64,000 nucleotides of DNA from Candidatus Latescibacterota bacterium (lineage in GTDB: Bacteria > Latescibacterota > UBA2968), in the NCBI GenBank assembly GCA_965116885.1, contig OZ220741.1, positions 3,872,001-3,936,000 on the forward strand, read 5' to 3'. Position 1 is the stretch's first letter. Each line of letters starts with the position of its first letter. Below the pieces are notes generated by a model that saw nothing but the letters and a program-made list of their open reading frames with translations, did not search any database and had not been told where the DNA came from. Both the position numbers and the translations under genes were made by a program. Positions 20,535 to 31,515 of the stretch are shown here, piece by piece.

Positions 20535-21266
20535 ATGTCCTATCATCTGACGCCAGAAGATGTGCGGTTTTTTCACGACGAGGGGTATCTCGGGCCTTAT
20601 GTGATGCATTCGCCGGAAGAAATGGATCAGATTCGGCCTGTTGTCGAGCGTGAAATTTTTGAAGCCGAAGGTCCGTTTCACGTCAGTCGGCAAAAATCGC
20701 GGCATCTCGACAACCGAACGATTTACGATCTGTGTACACATCCGACAATTATGGATCGGATAGAAGGCATCCTCGGTCCGGATATCGTGCTCTGGCAGTC
20801 CAACTTTTTTAACAAACCCCCCGGTGCCAAAGAAATTCCCTGGCATCAGGATATGAATTTCTGGTCCACCGAAATAGAACCGGGTATCAATGTTTCTGCC
20901 TGGTTAGCCATTGACGATACAGATGTCACCAATAGTTGTGTGCAACTCATGCCGGGGTCGCACCGAAAGATGATTCCGCACATAAAAGCAACACCTGAAC
21001 AGGCTTTTCGCCAACAGGGCGATCCCGATCACATCGGTGTTGACCCGGATCGCGTTGTGAAAATGAAAATGAAAGCCGGACAATTTTTTCTTTTTACCGA
21101 GCGCATGCTCCACTACTCAGCAGCCAACACGTCTGATCGACGACGCCTGGGATTGGCGATACGCATTACCATTCCGATTGTGCGCTGTTACAAAAGGCAT
21201 CACGTTCATCTGGTGCGCGGTGAGGATCGGATGGGGTTTAATGTGTATGGAGACGCGCCTGAATGA
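20535..21266 (+). CDS. PhyH-family dioxygenase
   Basis: WHQD, PGSH, LHYSAANTS. Confidence 0.92.
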   Translation: MSYHLTPEDVRFFHDEGYLGPYVMHSPEEMDQIRPVVEREIFEAEGPFHVSRQKSRHLDNRTIYDLCTHPTIMDRIEGILGPDIVLWQSNFFNKPPGAKEIPWHQDMNFWSTEIEPGINVSAWLAIDDTDVTNSCVQLMPGSHRKMIPHIKATPEQAFRQQGDPDHIGVDPDRVVKMKMKAGQFFLFTERMLHYSAANTSDRRRLGLAIRITIPIVRCYKRHHVHLVRGEDRMGFNVYGDAPE

Positions 21267-21307
21267 TCGGGATTACTAAAGGACAATATCGAAAACGGTG
21301 AAAACTT

Positions 21308-22315
21308 ATGAAAAAAGCCATACTCCACGGTCCGCGAGACCTTCGCATTGAAGAGCATCCTCTTGATACGAGCGCGCTTGATGCTGATGAGGTCTGGGTT
21401 GAGACGCAGATCAGTGCGTTTAAGATCGGGACAGATCGGGGCAATTTTGAAGGTGCTGATCGCGTACCGGGTGCGCCGGACTATCCGCGATTCGTTGGCG
21501 ATAGCAATCTGGGTATTGTTCGCGGTATTGGTGCCGGGGTCACGCGCTTTGAGGTCGGTGATCGCGTTGTGGCCACTCAGCCTCACCAGTCTGAATACAT
21601 CATAAACCAGTTTGGTGACATCTTCAAAATACCCCCTGATGCCGATGATGAAGATGCTGTGTATGCACATCTCTATGCACTCAGCGCACATTGTTATCAC
21701 AAAGCATTATTTAGACCCGGCGAAAATGTCGCTGTTGTTGGTCTGGGTGTTCTCGGTCTGGGGGCAGTCGCTTTGGGGCCTCTGTTTGGTGCCCGCGTCG
21801 TTGGGCTTGGAAATAGTTCCATCAGGTTAGATATGGCAAAGCGCATGGGTGCTCACGCGGCTTATTTATCAGACGATCCAGGCCTTGAAGCAAAACTCGA
21901 CGCTTTTACAAATGGAAGAGGTATTGACCTGGTTATTCTCACGGCGAATCCCTGGCCGGCTTTCAGAACATCTGTTGAAATTGTGAGGCCAAATGGTCGG
22001 GTCTCTATTGTCAGCCTTATGGGACGAGGCGAACCACCGCTCGATTTTAATCCTCTGGCAATGGAATGGTTTTACGCCAAGGGGATATCTCTGATTGCCG
22101 TGCATGGAGAAGATGCCCAATTATATCCGCATGCCGATGCTTCGGGCCATTTGGGTCATTGCGATCACGTTCTTGCTCTTATGGCAGAAAAAAAACTTCA
22201 GCCCAGCCGTCTAATTACGCACCGTTTGCATTATACGGAAATGGTTCAGGCTTATGAAATGGCATACGCGCGTGAAAAATCTATGCTGGGTGTCATATTT
22301 AACTGGCGGGAATAG
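21308..22315 (+). CDS. MDR-family dehydrogenase lacking canonical Zn ligands
   Basis: GroES-like N-terminus and GLGVLG; CGSD/GHE replaced by KIGTD/GDS. Confidence 0.85.
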   Translation: MKKAILHGPRDLRIEEHPLDTSALDADEVWVETQISAFKIGTDRGNFEGADRVPGAPDYPRFVGDSNLGIVRGIGAGVTRFEVGDRVVATQPHQSEYIINQFGDIFKIPPDADDEDAVYAHLYALSAHCYHKALFRPGENVAVVGLGVLGLGAVALGPLFGARVVGLGNSSIRLDMAKRMGAHAAYLSDDPGLEAKLDAFTNGRGIDLVILTANPWPAFRTSVEIVRPNGRVSIVSLMGRGEPPLDFNPLAMEWFYAKGISLIAVHGEDAQLYPHADASGHLGHCDHVLALMAEKKLQPSRLITHRLHYTEMVQAYEMAYAREKSMLGVIFNWRE

Positions 22316-22317
22316 CC

Positions 22318-23649
22318 ATGTCACACGATGTCACGAGATCGTTAGAACTGTATGAGAAAGCGGGAGAACGCATTCCGGGGTGGACACAGCTCATCAGCCG
22401 GAGAGCTGACCGGGTAGCAAATGGGGTTAGTCCTCTCTATGTCGCGCGATCAAAAGGCGCGCGATTTGTCGATGTTGATGGCAACGAGTATATCGATTGG
22501 ATCCGCGCTTTGGGGGCTATTATTTTGGGTTATGCAGATCCCGTTGTCGATGGCGCTGTAAAAAAGCAGATCGATCTGGGCAGCCTGCATTCCATGAATA
22601 GTGCGCTCGAAATTGAACTGGCGGATGAGTTGATCAATACCATACCGAGTGCTGAAATGGTGCGCTATACAAAGGGGGGAGGGGAAGCCTGTGCGGTGGC
22701 TGCGCGTATTGCTCGGGGTACGACCAATCGAGATGTCATTCTTTTTTGCGGTTATCACGGGTGGCACGATTGGTATCAATCGGCAAATTATCTCGTCGAT
22801 CCCGAGAGTGGCGAATATCCCTTTGCCGGTATTGAGCCGATTGGCGTGCCGCGTGCGCTGGCGGGAACGGCGATTCCATTTACCTATGGTGATCTCGACA
22901 TGCTCGGTCGTTTGTTGACCGAATATCAGAGCGAGGTCGCCGCGGTTATGATGGAACCCGCCCGGTCTGAGTGGCCCGAACAGGGGTATCTCGAAGGGGT
23001 CAAAGAACTCGCTCGCAGGCATGGCGCTTTGCTCGTCTTCGACGAAGTCTCCTGTGGCTGGCGCGAGTCTCTTGGCGGTATGCAGAAGTATCTGGGCGTT
23101 ACGCCAGATATCACGGTGATTGCCAAAGGCATGTCCAATGGGTATCCGATGGGGGCTGTTGTTGGATCGCGCGAGGCGATGGAACCCGCCAAAGCGATGT
23201 TTATTTCCAGTTCGTATTGGAGCGATAATATCGGTCCTGTTGCATCACTTACGACCATCCGCGAACTCAAAAGGCGAGATAGCGAGACACACCTATCCGA
23301 AATGGGCCAAAAAGTAGCCAGAGCAATTGACGATGCCGTCTCGTCTGCTGGTCTTTCGGGATCTTGCAAAGGGTTTCCCGCAACGCCTAATCTGGTGCTC
23401 GATTTGCCCGATGAGGCATTGCGCGGCAAGGTTCAGACGCTTTTTATTCAGGAGATGGCCCGTCGGGGCGTGCATTGTTACATGGGGTTTGGGCCTACGC
23501 TTGCACATACCGAAGAAGATGTGCGTATTACTGCTGATGCGGTTGAAGCCTCTTTGCGCGTTATCAAACAGGGGCTTGAAAATGATTCTATCGATGATCT
23601 GCTCATTTGCGATCTGCACTCGGAACCCTTCCGCCGGATTGTTCGATAA
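22318..23649 (+). CDS. Class III PLP aminotransferase (GSA aminomutase-like)
   Basis: DVDGNEYID, GYHG, VFDEV, AKGMSNG. Confidence 0.92.
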   Translation: MSHDVTRSLELYEKAGERIPGWTQLISRRADRVANGVSPLYVARSKGARFVDVDGNEYIDWIRALGAIILGYADPVVDGAVKKQIDLGSLHSMNSALEIELADELINTIPSAEMVRYTKGGGEACAVAARIARGTTNRDVILFCGYHGWHDWYQSANYLVDPESGEYPFAGIEPIGVPRALAGTAIPFTYGDLDMLGRLLTEYQSEVAAVMMEPARSEWPEQGYLEGVKELARRHGALLVFDEVSCGWRESLGGMQKYLGVTPDITVIAKGMSNGYPMGAVVGSREAMEPAKAMFISSSYWSDNIGPVASLTTIRELKRRDSETHLSEMGQKVARAIDDAVSSAGLSGSCKGFPATPNLVLDLPDEALRGKVQTLFIQEMARRGVHCYMGFGPTLAHTEEDVRITADAVEASLRVIKQGLENDSIDDLLICDLHSEPFRRIVR

Positions 23650-23659
23650 AGGAGAAAAA

Positions 23660-25957
23660 ATGGCATTGACAATTGACGAAAGACCTGCGGGACCGGGAGA
23701 ATGGGGATTTAGACCGGAAAATGTGACGACAGAGGAGACACCGCCGGCATTTGTGTGGCGCCCGCAGGAGAATGCTGCGAGCTATGATATCCAGTGTGCG
23801 CGGGTCGCGGATTTTTCAAAGGTCGCATACGAGGCGAGGGGCGTGACATATACGGTTCACCGCGCAGCAGAGGTGTTTGAATCGGGACAGTGGTACTGGC
23901 GGTTCCGATTTGTCGATGGGTGTGGAAAGGTGTCTGATTGGAGTTCGGGACGCGCTTTTGTGATTGACGAGAATGCAAATGCATTGCCCTTGCCCAAACG
24001 CGGTGAATTGATTGGGCGCATCCCAAAGCGCCATCCGCGTCTGTTTGTGCGTCCAGAGGACCTGGATGGCTTGCGCGCACGGGCACGAGGCGATCTGAAA
24101 CCGATTTACGACGATCTGGTCGCAACATGCGAAGATATTTTGGCCGATATGCCATCTACTAAGGAACCGCCCTTGTATCCCGAGGGGACGGTTGTTCTGA
24201 GTGAGGAGTGGCGGGAGATCTGGTGGGGAAATCGGATGTACACGATTCGCGTGTTAAATAGCGCGGCGACGCTGGCTTTTACGCGGCTTTTGGGTGGACA
24301 GGATCACTACGGCGAGAAGGCGAAAGAACTGCTGCTGGCGTGTGCCAGATGGGATCCCCTGGGGGCGACCGGGTATCGATATAATGATGAAGCGGGTATG
24401 CCCTACAATTACTATTTTTGTCGCACCTATACGTTTGTGAACGATTTGTTGAGCGAAGAAGAGCGCGAGATATGCCGCGCGGTGATGAAGGTGCAGGGGC
24501 AGGAGATGTACGATCATCTGGCGATTCAGATGCGCTATTTGTGGCATCCTTATGGCAGCCATGCCGGTCGCGCCTGGCATTTTTTAGGTGAGATTGGCGT
24601 GGCGTTTTTGGATGAGATTCCCGAGGCAGAGGAGTGGGTGTGGTTCGCTATGAATGTGTTTGGGGCCGTGTATCCCGCGTGGTGCGATGAGGATGGGGGG
24701 TGGCACCAGGGATTGCAATACTGGGACAGTTATGTTCAGCGCTTTACGTGGTGGGCAGATATCATGCAGGCAGCAATGGGGATTGATGCGTATTGCAAAC
24801 CGTATTTTGCACGCGCTGGCGATTATCCGATGTATTTTCAGCCTCCCGGTACGCGAGGGGGTGGCGTGGGCGATTTGACGACGACGAGAACATCGGATCA
24901 GAATTGCAGTTTGATGCGTACGCTGGCGGCTCAGGCGCGCAATCCATACTGGAAGTGGTATGTGGATATGCACCCTGAGACAGTGAAAGAAAAGACGAGC
25001 GCGCGCCGGTTGGATGCCGTGGGTGCCGGGCGGTCGCTCTATATCGATTTTGTGCGGGGAGCATTGCCAGAAGTACACGCAAAAGCACCGGTGGATTTGC
25101 CTTCTTCAAAATGTTTTCGCGGTACGGGGTTGGTGGCGATGAATTCGGATTTGACGGATGGGAAAAACAATGTGTCGGTCATTTTTAAGAGCAGTCCATT
25201 GGGGTCGCAGAGTCACGGTTTTGACGCGCAAAATTCATTTTCGCTATTTGCTTTTGGCGAGCGTTTGTTGATTCACACGGGGCAGCGCGATATTCACGGC
25301 AGTGACCACCACAAGAACTGGATGCACCATACAAGATCAACCAATTGCATTGGGGTAAACGGCGAGAGTCAGCTGCGCAACCAGGCTGCGGCAATGGGTG
25401 AAATTCTGGATTTTCAAACGTCGGATGTATTTGATTATGTGGCTGGCGAAGCCGCCCCGGCATACGGGGGAATGCTGAAGAAATTTACGCGGCAGATTTT
25501 GTTTGCAAAGCCCGATGTGGTGGTAATTTGCGATACGGTGGTGGCACAAGAGTCTTCGATATTTCAGTATTATTTGCACGCTGAAACAGAAATGGATATC
25601 GAGGGGCAGACGCTAAAAATCACAACGGGTGATGCGGGCTGTGTGGTGTCTCTGCTGCATCCGACAAATTTGAAAATCAGTCAGACCGATCAGTTTGATC
25701 CACCGCCGAGGGAGCGCGTTCAACTCAGAGAATATCATGTGACAGCAGAAACGGTGATACCGCGTGAAGATGCGGCATTTATTGCGGTATTGCGACCGCA
25801 CAGAACGGGAGATGCGCCCGAAGGTGATCCGGTGCTGATGGATGATGGAACGCTGATGGTGCCGTTGCCCAATGGCGAGTTGAAGGTTTGGGTGGGAGAT
25901 ACATTGCGCGCGGAAAAAAGGGATCAGAACGGTGTTTTAGTAGCAACGTCAGGTTGA
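23660..25957 (+). CDS. DUF4962/heparinase II-III-like polysaccharide lyase
   Basis: HPRLF, DGGWHQG..YW, SHG..QNSF. Start at ATG 23660 after AAGGAG, not the 23327 start in the track. Confidence 0.82.
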   Translation: MALTIDERPAGPGEWGFRPENVTTEETPPAFVWRPQENAASYDIQCARVADFSKVAYEARGVTYTVHRAAEVFESGQWYWRFRFVDGCGKVSDWSSGRAFVIDENANALPLPKRGELIGRIPKRHPRLFVRPEDLDGLRARARGDLKPIYDDLVATCEDILADMPSTKEPPLYPEGTVVLSEEWREIWWGNRMYTIRVLNSAATLAFTRLLGGQDHYGEKAKELLLACARWDPLGATGYRYNDEAGMPYNYYFCRTYTFVNDLLSEEEREICRAVMKVQGQEMYDHLAIQMRYLWHPYGSHAGRAWHFLGEIGVAFLDEIPEAEEWVWFAMNVFGAVYPAWCDEDGGWHQGLQYWDSYVQRFTWWADIMQAAMGIDAYCKPYFARAGDYPMYFQPPGTRGGGVGDLTTTRTSDQNCSLMRTLAAQARNPYWKWYVDMHPETVKEKTSARRLDAVGAGRSLYIDFVRGALPEVHAKAPVDLPSSKCFRGTGLVAMNSDLTDGKNNVSVIFKSSPLGSQSHGFDAQNSFSLFAFGERLLIHTGQRDIHGSDHHKNWMHHTRSTNCIGVNGESQLRNQAAAMGEILDFQTSDVFDYVAGEAAPAYGGMLKKFTRQILFAKPDVVVICDTVVAQESSIFQYYLHAETEMDIEGQTLKITTGDAGCVVSLLHPTNLKISQTDQFDPPPRERVQLREYHVTAETVIPREDAAFIAVLRPHRTGDAPEGDPVLMDDGTLMVPLPNGELKVWVGDTLRAEKRDQNGVLVATSG

Positions 25958-25984
25958 ATCTGATCCCACGAGAGGTGTTCGGAG

Positions 25985-27160
25985 ATGGATGAAATACGCA
26001 TTGGTATTGCCGGGTTGGGCCGACGTTCCCAGCACTGGATCCGTACCTTGCTAAAGATACCGGGCTACCGCATTACGGCACTCTACGACTGGATTGAACC
26101 GCTGCACGAGCGGGCGCTGTCTCTGATCGATTACCGAAACGATGTCGCGGTGTTCAGCGATTACGAGGAATTCCTGTCCTATGAGGGTATGGACGCGGTT
26201 GGTCTGGTCGTCCGCAGGAAGGACCAGGGAGCGATGGCGGCACAGGCTCTGGAGGCGGGAAAGCATGTGAATATGGAGGTTCCCGCTGCGCATACAATGG
26301 CGGATTGCTGGCGGATTGTGACTGCGGCAGAACGCACGGGGCGGGTTTATCAGCTTGCGGAACAGACGCGCTACTGGGGATTTGTGGAGGCATGGCGGGA
26401 CCTGGTAGCAGGGGGACGGTTGGGGCGGGTGACCTATTGCGAGGGGCAGTATATCGGCTATTACGGTACGCGCCAGTTTTTTCAGGACTACAAGACGGGC
26501 GAGCAGTACAGAGTGGAAGAGCTTTCGGCGCACCCGGATGCAGAACCGACCTGGCTGCATGTGATGCCGCCGATTCACTATCTTCCGCACGAGTTGAGTC
26601 CGATGCTGAAGGTATTAGATGACCGGGTAATTGAAGTAACGGCGATGAGCACTGGGTCGCCCAGCTATTCGCATCCAGAGATCGATCAACCGGATATTCA
26701 GGTCGCCTTGATGAAGACGGAGAAGGACAGGCTGTTGCGGATGGCGACCGGATTTACGCAGAAGATTCCGAGCCGCAGGGGACATCACTGGTATCAGATC
26801 ATTGGGACGAGGGGGTGCGTGGAGTGGAAGCGGTCGAAAAAGGGACACCCCCTGATGTGGCAGGCAGATTCTCAGATGCACGATCTGGCTGAAGTAGATT
26901 GGAAGTTTGAGCGTACGGATGCGCCTTTAGAAGCGCAAGGCAGCGGTCACGGGGATGCAGACTATTACGTCCACACCGCTTTTTGGAATGCCGTAGTTGG
27001 AAATAAGCCTCTGGAGTTCGATGTTTACAGGGCAATGGAGACGGCGGCACCTGCGGTTCTGGCCGCGGAGTCCATCGCACGGGGAACCGAGCTGATGAAA
27101 GTTCCCGATTTTCGTCCGAATGAGACGCGACCTTCAGGGCAGATGCCGGAAGGAGATTGA
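25985..27160 (+). CDS. Gfo/Idh/MocA oxidoreductase
   Basis: IGIAGLGRR, GKHVNMEVP, GHGDAD. Confidence 0.9.
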   Translation: MDEIRIGIAGLGRRSQHWIRTLLKIPGYRITALYDWIEPLHERALSLIDYRNDVAVFSDYEEFLSYEGMDAVGLVVRRKDQGAMAAQALEAGKHVNMEVPAAHTMADCWRIVTAAERTGRVYQLAEQTRYWGFVEAWRDLVAGGRLGRVTYCEGQYIGYYGTRQFFQDYKTGEQYRVEELSAHPDAEPTWLHVMPPIHYLPHELSPMLKVLDDRVIEVTAMSTGSPSYSHPEIDQPDIQVALMKTEKDRLLRMATGFTQKIPSRRGHHWYQIIGTRGCVEWKRSKKGHPLMWQADSQMHDLAEVDWKFERTDAPLEAQGSGHGDADYYVHTAFWNAVVGNKPLEFDVYRAMETAAPAVLAAESIARGTELMKVPDFRPNETRPSGQMPEGD

Positions 27161-27162
27161 GC

Positions 27163-28869
27163 ATGCGTGTCGCCATTTTATCCAACGGACCTGATCTTTC
27201 GCCTTACTTGGAAGAGATGTTCAGGATGTGGGGATTGGTCCTGTGCGAGATGGTGGGACCGGACCAGATTTCGGATATGGATCCCGAAGATATGCCAGTG
27301 GTGGTTTGCCCTGCGTCTCAAGGTAGTCAATCTCTGGTTGATTTCGCACGCCGGGGTGGGACGGTGATCTGCTTTCTGCCTGAAGGACCTCTGGCTGAGG
27401 CAGCCGGGCTTGTGTATGAGGGGGAAAAGGAAGTGCCACTGCGGTTGCGTATTACCGCGTACCAGGCTTCAGGCATAGCGGGGGAGCGATTTCCAATTGT
27501 GGGGCGTGCGAATAACTATAGCCCGGCACCTGAGGTTCGGGTGTTGGGCCATTTTTCATATACAGACCGCTATGAAGGAGAAAGCGTCGGGATTACAGAA
27601 ACTATGGTCGGGCGAGGGCGGATCGTGGCGTTCGCGTTTGATCTGGCTCTTTGTGTCCTGTTGCTGCGGCAGGGCGATCCGAACCGCGCCGAGGTGATTC
27701 CCGAGAGCACCGGGTGCGCTCGCCCGTCCAGCATGGCGATTGATATCGGGCCTTCGGACTCCGGCTGGATCCCCTTTGCCGACCTGCTTTCCAGGCTGTT
27801 TGTGGATATGGTGCGTCGTTACCTGCCGGGACCTGTGCCGCTCCTGTCGCATCTGCCGGGGACGGCACCCGGCATCCTCCTTTACTCCGGTGACGAAGAC
27901 AATGCGGACGTGGCGAGCAATGATGCGGAATTCGGGGCTGTGGCAGCCGCAGGTGGGCGCATGAATCTCTACATTATTCCGAACCGGACCCAATCTACGG
28001 CGCTGGATGTGGAGCGATACCGCGTCCAGCACGATGTGGGGCCGCATCCGAATCTTCGGTCGCTGGACGGATACTCTATATCGGAACGTCTCACGGAATT
28101 CGAGCGGCAGATCCGGATGTTTCAGGACCAATTCGATACGCCCGCACGATCCCTGCGAAATCACTGCACAGCATGGGCCGGGTATCTGGAACCTGTGGAG
28201 GTTATGGAGAAACTGGGTATGGGTATGGATGGGAATTATTTTTCCGGGACGTATGGGTATAGCCGAGAAGATGCGCCGTATGCCGCGTTTGGAGGCGCTA
28301 TGCCGATGCGTTTCTGCTAGCCAGATGGTCGGGTGCTCAATGTTTTCCAACAGCATACGCAGCTTGCAGACGATATTATGTTCGGGACAGCAGACTATTC
28401 CTATCGGCTATCGCCACAGGTCTTTGCCGGTGTGCTGGACCGGATTTTCGCGGATATCGAGACCCGCTTTCACACGCCCTACGGGGTGTGCATCCATCCC
28501 GGTAACTGGGTGAGGTTCTCTCGGCCTCAAGGACGGGAACTGCTCCGCCAGGCGAATGAGAGACGATTCCCAATCTGGTCTTTTGACCAGTGGCTGACAT
28601 TTTGGGAGGCGCGCGATACATGGCGGTTTAATGGAATGGTCCGGCAAGGATGTAGGCTACAATTCGCGCTTGAGGGTGAACGATCACACGATGCGCTCTG
28701 TCTTGCGATCCCAGAGAAAGACTCGGAGACATCTCTTGCTGAGGTGATGCTGGACGGGGAGCGTGCAGAGTGGCAGACGGTCCGGCGCTACGGTGAGGAT
28801 CTCGCGCTTGTGTCTGTACCGGCTGGAAGAAAAGCGGTGTCGGTTAGCGTTATGTATGGGAGTGGATGA
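27163..28869 (+). pseudogene. Glutamine-amidotransferase-like plus polysaccharide-deacetylase-like protein interrupted by an in-frame TAG (28318-28320)
   Basis: Frame continues straight through: ...PMRFC*PDGRVLNVFQQHT... Contains SGDED, PHP and RNH motifs. Confidence 0.75.
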
Positions 28870-28911
28870 AGCGTGGCAGACAACTCAGGAGTTATTTAAA
28901 GAGGAAATCAC

Positions 28912-30168
28912 ATGCGTTTTGGAATTGCCTGTCGGGATATCGTTCCTCCGTTTCGCACAAAGATGTACGGGTATGGTGCGCGGGTGGACCTCTACGAAGA
29001 TGTCAACGACCCGTTGACGTTCACGGCCATTGTGCTGGAAGAGGGGAACCGCCGTGCGTTGTTGGGCGCTGCGGATCTGGGTACATTTCCGAGGCTCGAT
29101 GAGTTGTCCGGCTTTATGGACCAGCTCGGAGAGATCGTTGGGTGTCCGAGAGACCATATCATGCTGAACTGCTCGCACTCTCACGGGGCTGCGACAGTGT
29201 CAGATGAGCGATACAGAGAGTGGTTGTACGAAAAGGTCCGCGAAGCTGTTCAGGAGGCTTCGGAGAACGTGAATGAAGGGACGTTGTGGTACGGCGAAGG
29301 CAAGACGAGTTTGCCGTTGAACCGCCGCCCAGAGCGGGATGGGCAGGTCGTGAATGCGCCCAATCCGGGGGGTACGGTAGATGATCGTATGCGGCTCCTG
29401 GTCTTCAGGAAACCGACGGGAGAGATCGCTGCGCTCGGGATGTCCGTGGCGTGTCATCCGGTTGCTACGGGGGCACAGCATCTGCTGACAGCGGAGTATC
29501 CCGGGGCCTGGAGAACCGCCTTCTCCAGAGCGTTTGGTCCGGATGTGACGCCGTTTTTCCTTCAGGGAGCGGGCGGAGATATACGGCCCCGATATGTAGC
29601 CGAAGGAGATCACTGGCGGGCGATGAAGCACGCTGAGCTTCCCAGCATGGGACGGGAACTTTTGAGGGAGATGTTGAAGATTCTCCTGGAGGCGAACTTC
29701 AAACAGATCGACAATCTGACACTTGTAGGCAAGATCAATCGGGTTGAGGCGCCCTGCCAGAGGCTTTATACCGCGCGCGAGGAGCTCGAGTTGTTGAGGG
29801 ATCGGGATGGAAGATTTGGTTCTTATGCGGAGAAATGCCTGCAGCATCTCGATGCAGGAGAAGAAGTTCCGGATCGTGCGGAATTTCACGTTCAGACCCT
29901 CTGGTTAAACCGGGATTTCGCCCTGATCGGCCTCGACGCCGAGCCACTCCACGCTCTGGGCCGGGCCATAGAGGATTCCGTGTCTCCCAGGCAGGCGTTG
30001 TTCCTGGGATATACGAATGGCTGTATTGGCTATGCAATGGATGGAAAGGAGACAGAACGCGGCGGTGGCACGGAGATCGGTACCTATCTTTTCAGGGGAT
30101 GGTCGGGGCCTCCTGAACCTGGCCTTGAGAAGTTCCTGGCTGACGCTGTGGTGAAAGAGTCTGGATGA
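28912..30168 (+). CDS. Neutral/alkaline ceramidase N-terminal-domain-like hydrolase, paralog 1
   Basis: MYGYGAR, SHSHG, NRR, ACHP, FLQGAGGD, GYTNG. Confidence 0.82.
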   Translation: MRFGIACRDIVPPFRTKMYGYGARVDLYEDVNDPLTFTAIVLEEGNRRALLGAADLGTFPRLDELSGFMDQLGEIVGCPRDHIMLNCSHSHGAATVSDERYREWLYEKVREAVQEASENVNEGTLWYGEGKTSLPLNRRPERDGQVVNAPNPGGTVDDRMRLLVFRKPTGEIAALGMSVACHPVATGAQHLLTAEYPGAWRTAFSRAFGPDVTPFFLQGAGGDIRPRYVAEGDHWRAMKHAELPSMGRELLREMLKILLEANFKQIDNLTLVGKINRVEAPCQRLYTAREELELLRDRDGRFGSYAEKCLQHLDAGEEVPDRAEFHVQTLWLNRDFALIGLDAEPLHALGRAIEDSVSPRQALFLGYTNGCIGYAMDGKETERGGGTEIGTYLFRGWSGPPEPGLEKFLADAVVKESG

Positions 30169-30190
30169 CAATACACAAGGAGAAAATGCC

Positions 30191-31486
30191 ATGCGTTTTG
30201 GTATTGGCCGCAGGGAGATCACCCCGCCGCTTTACACTTATATGCACGGGTACGCGGCAAGGCGAGATACGAACGATGGGGTGAACGATCCTCTGACGTT
30301 TACAGCGATTGTGATGGAAGAGGGAGAACAGCGTGCACTATTGGGTGCTGCAGATATATGCACATTTCCGAATGACGGAAGTGTGTCGGGTTTTCTGGAG
30401 CAGGTTGGAAAGGCGATTGGCTGTCCGGCGGACAACGTGATGCTCAATGCCTCGCATACCCACGGGGGACCGAGGATACCGGGTTCTTCTCTGTATTGGA
30501 GAGACTTTTCTTCGCGAACGGTAGAGGAGTACAGGGATCAGCTTTACGCGCAGGTACTGGAGGCCGCCCGCGAGGCTGCGGACAATCTGATGGAAGGGAG
30601 CCTCTGGTATGGGGAGGGGAAGACGCGGGTACCGATGAACCGGCGTCCGGATCGGGATGGTCGGGTTGTAAATGCGCCGAATCCTGATGGTCCGGTAGAT
30701 GATCGGATGCAGCTTCTGCTTTTCAGAAAGGCCACGGGGGAAGCGGCGGCAGTGGGAGTCAAGGTGTCGTGTCATCCCGTTGCCACAGGTGCGCAACACC
30801 TGATCACTGCAGATTGGCCGGGGGCATGGCGTGCAGCATTTTCCAGTGTATTTGGTCCGGATGTGATACCGTTTTTCTTGCAAGGGGCAGGCGCGGATGC
30901 GCGTCCCCGGCATGTGGCCGAAGGGGATCACTGGCGGGCGATGAAGCACGCCGAACTCACTGAGATTGGCGATGAACTGCTGGCTGAGACTCTGGCGATT
31001 CTCACGGGAACGAATCTCCGTCCGGTAGATAATCTGACGCTGGAAGGGAAGATTAATACTGTACAGGCTCCCTGTGAGAGGCAATATACCACCCGGGAAC
31101 AGCTCGAATCTTTGAAGGGCGAAGGCAGACTCCTGCAGCAGTATGCGAAAGTGGGTCTGGAGCGTCTGGATATGGGAGAAGCGATTCCCGATCAGGTGGC
31201 GTTTCAGGTTCAGACGCTGTGGTTGAACCGGGATCTGGCTCTGATCGGTCTGGATGTAGAGCCGCTTTGTGGCCTGGCAAAGACGGTTGGGGAGGCGGTT
31301 GCACCAGCACAGGCGATCCTTATGGGATATACGAATGGCTGTATCGGCTATACCCCCGATACAGAGGAGATGAAACGCGGGGGGTACGAGACCGGTAGCT
31401 ATCTGCCCAAGTTATGGTCCGGACCATTGAAGCCGGGTCTTGAAGACCTGTTTGCGAGTGCTGTTGTTCTCCATGCGGAAAGTTAG
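30191..31486 (+). CDS. Neutral/alkaline ceramidase N-terminal-domain-like hydrolase, paralog 2
   Basis: Same motifs (SHTHG, SCHP, GGYE); tandem paralog of 28912-30168. Confidence 0.82.
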   Translation: MRFGIGRREITPPLYTYMHGYAARRDTNDGVNDPLTFTAIVMEEGEQRALLGAADICTFPNDGSVSGFLEQVGKAIGCPADNVMLNASHTHGGPRIPGSSLYWRDFSSRTVEEYRDQLYAQVLEAAREAADNLMEGSLWYGEGKTRVPMNRRPDRDGRVVNAPNPDGPVDDRMQLLLFRKATGEAAAVGVKVSCHPVATGAQHLITADWPGAWRAAFSSVFGPDVIPFFLQGAGADARPRHVAEGDHWRAMKHAELTEIGDELLAETLAILTGTNLRPVDNLTLEGKINTVQAPCERQYTTREQLESLKGEGRLLQQYAKVGLERLDMGEAIPDQVAFQVQTLWLNRDLALIGLDVEPLCGLAKTVGEAVAPAQAILMGYTNGCIGYTPDTEEMKRGGYETGSYLPKLWSGPLKPGLEDLFASAVVLHAES

Positions 31487-31515
31487 AAACCTGTGTCAGA
31501 TAGGAGAAATGACCG

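Noticed and set aside
23327..23659. N-terminal extension of the 876-aa ORF
   Set aside because: It overlaps the aminotransferase in another frame; a strong RBS precedes ATG 23660.
28318..28320. Pyrrolysine or Sec recoding of the TAG
   Set aside because: No pyl genes in the window, no convincing hairpin, and the position does not look catalytic. Kept only as a low-interest finding.
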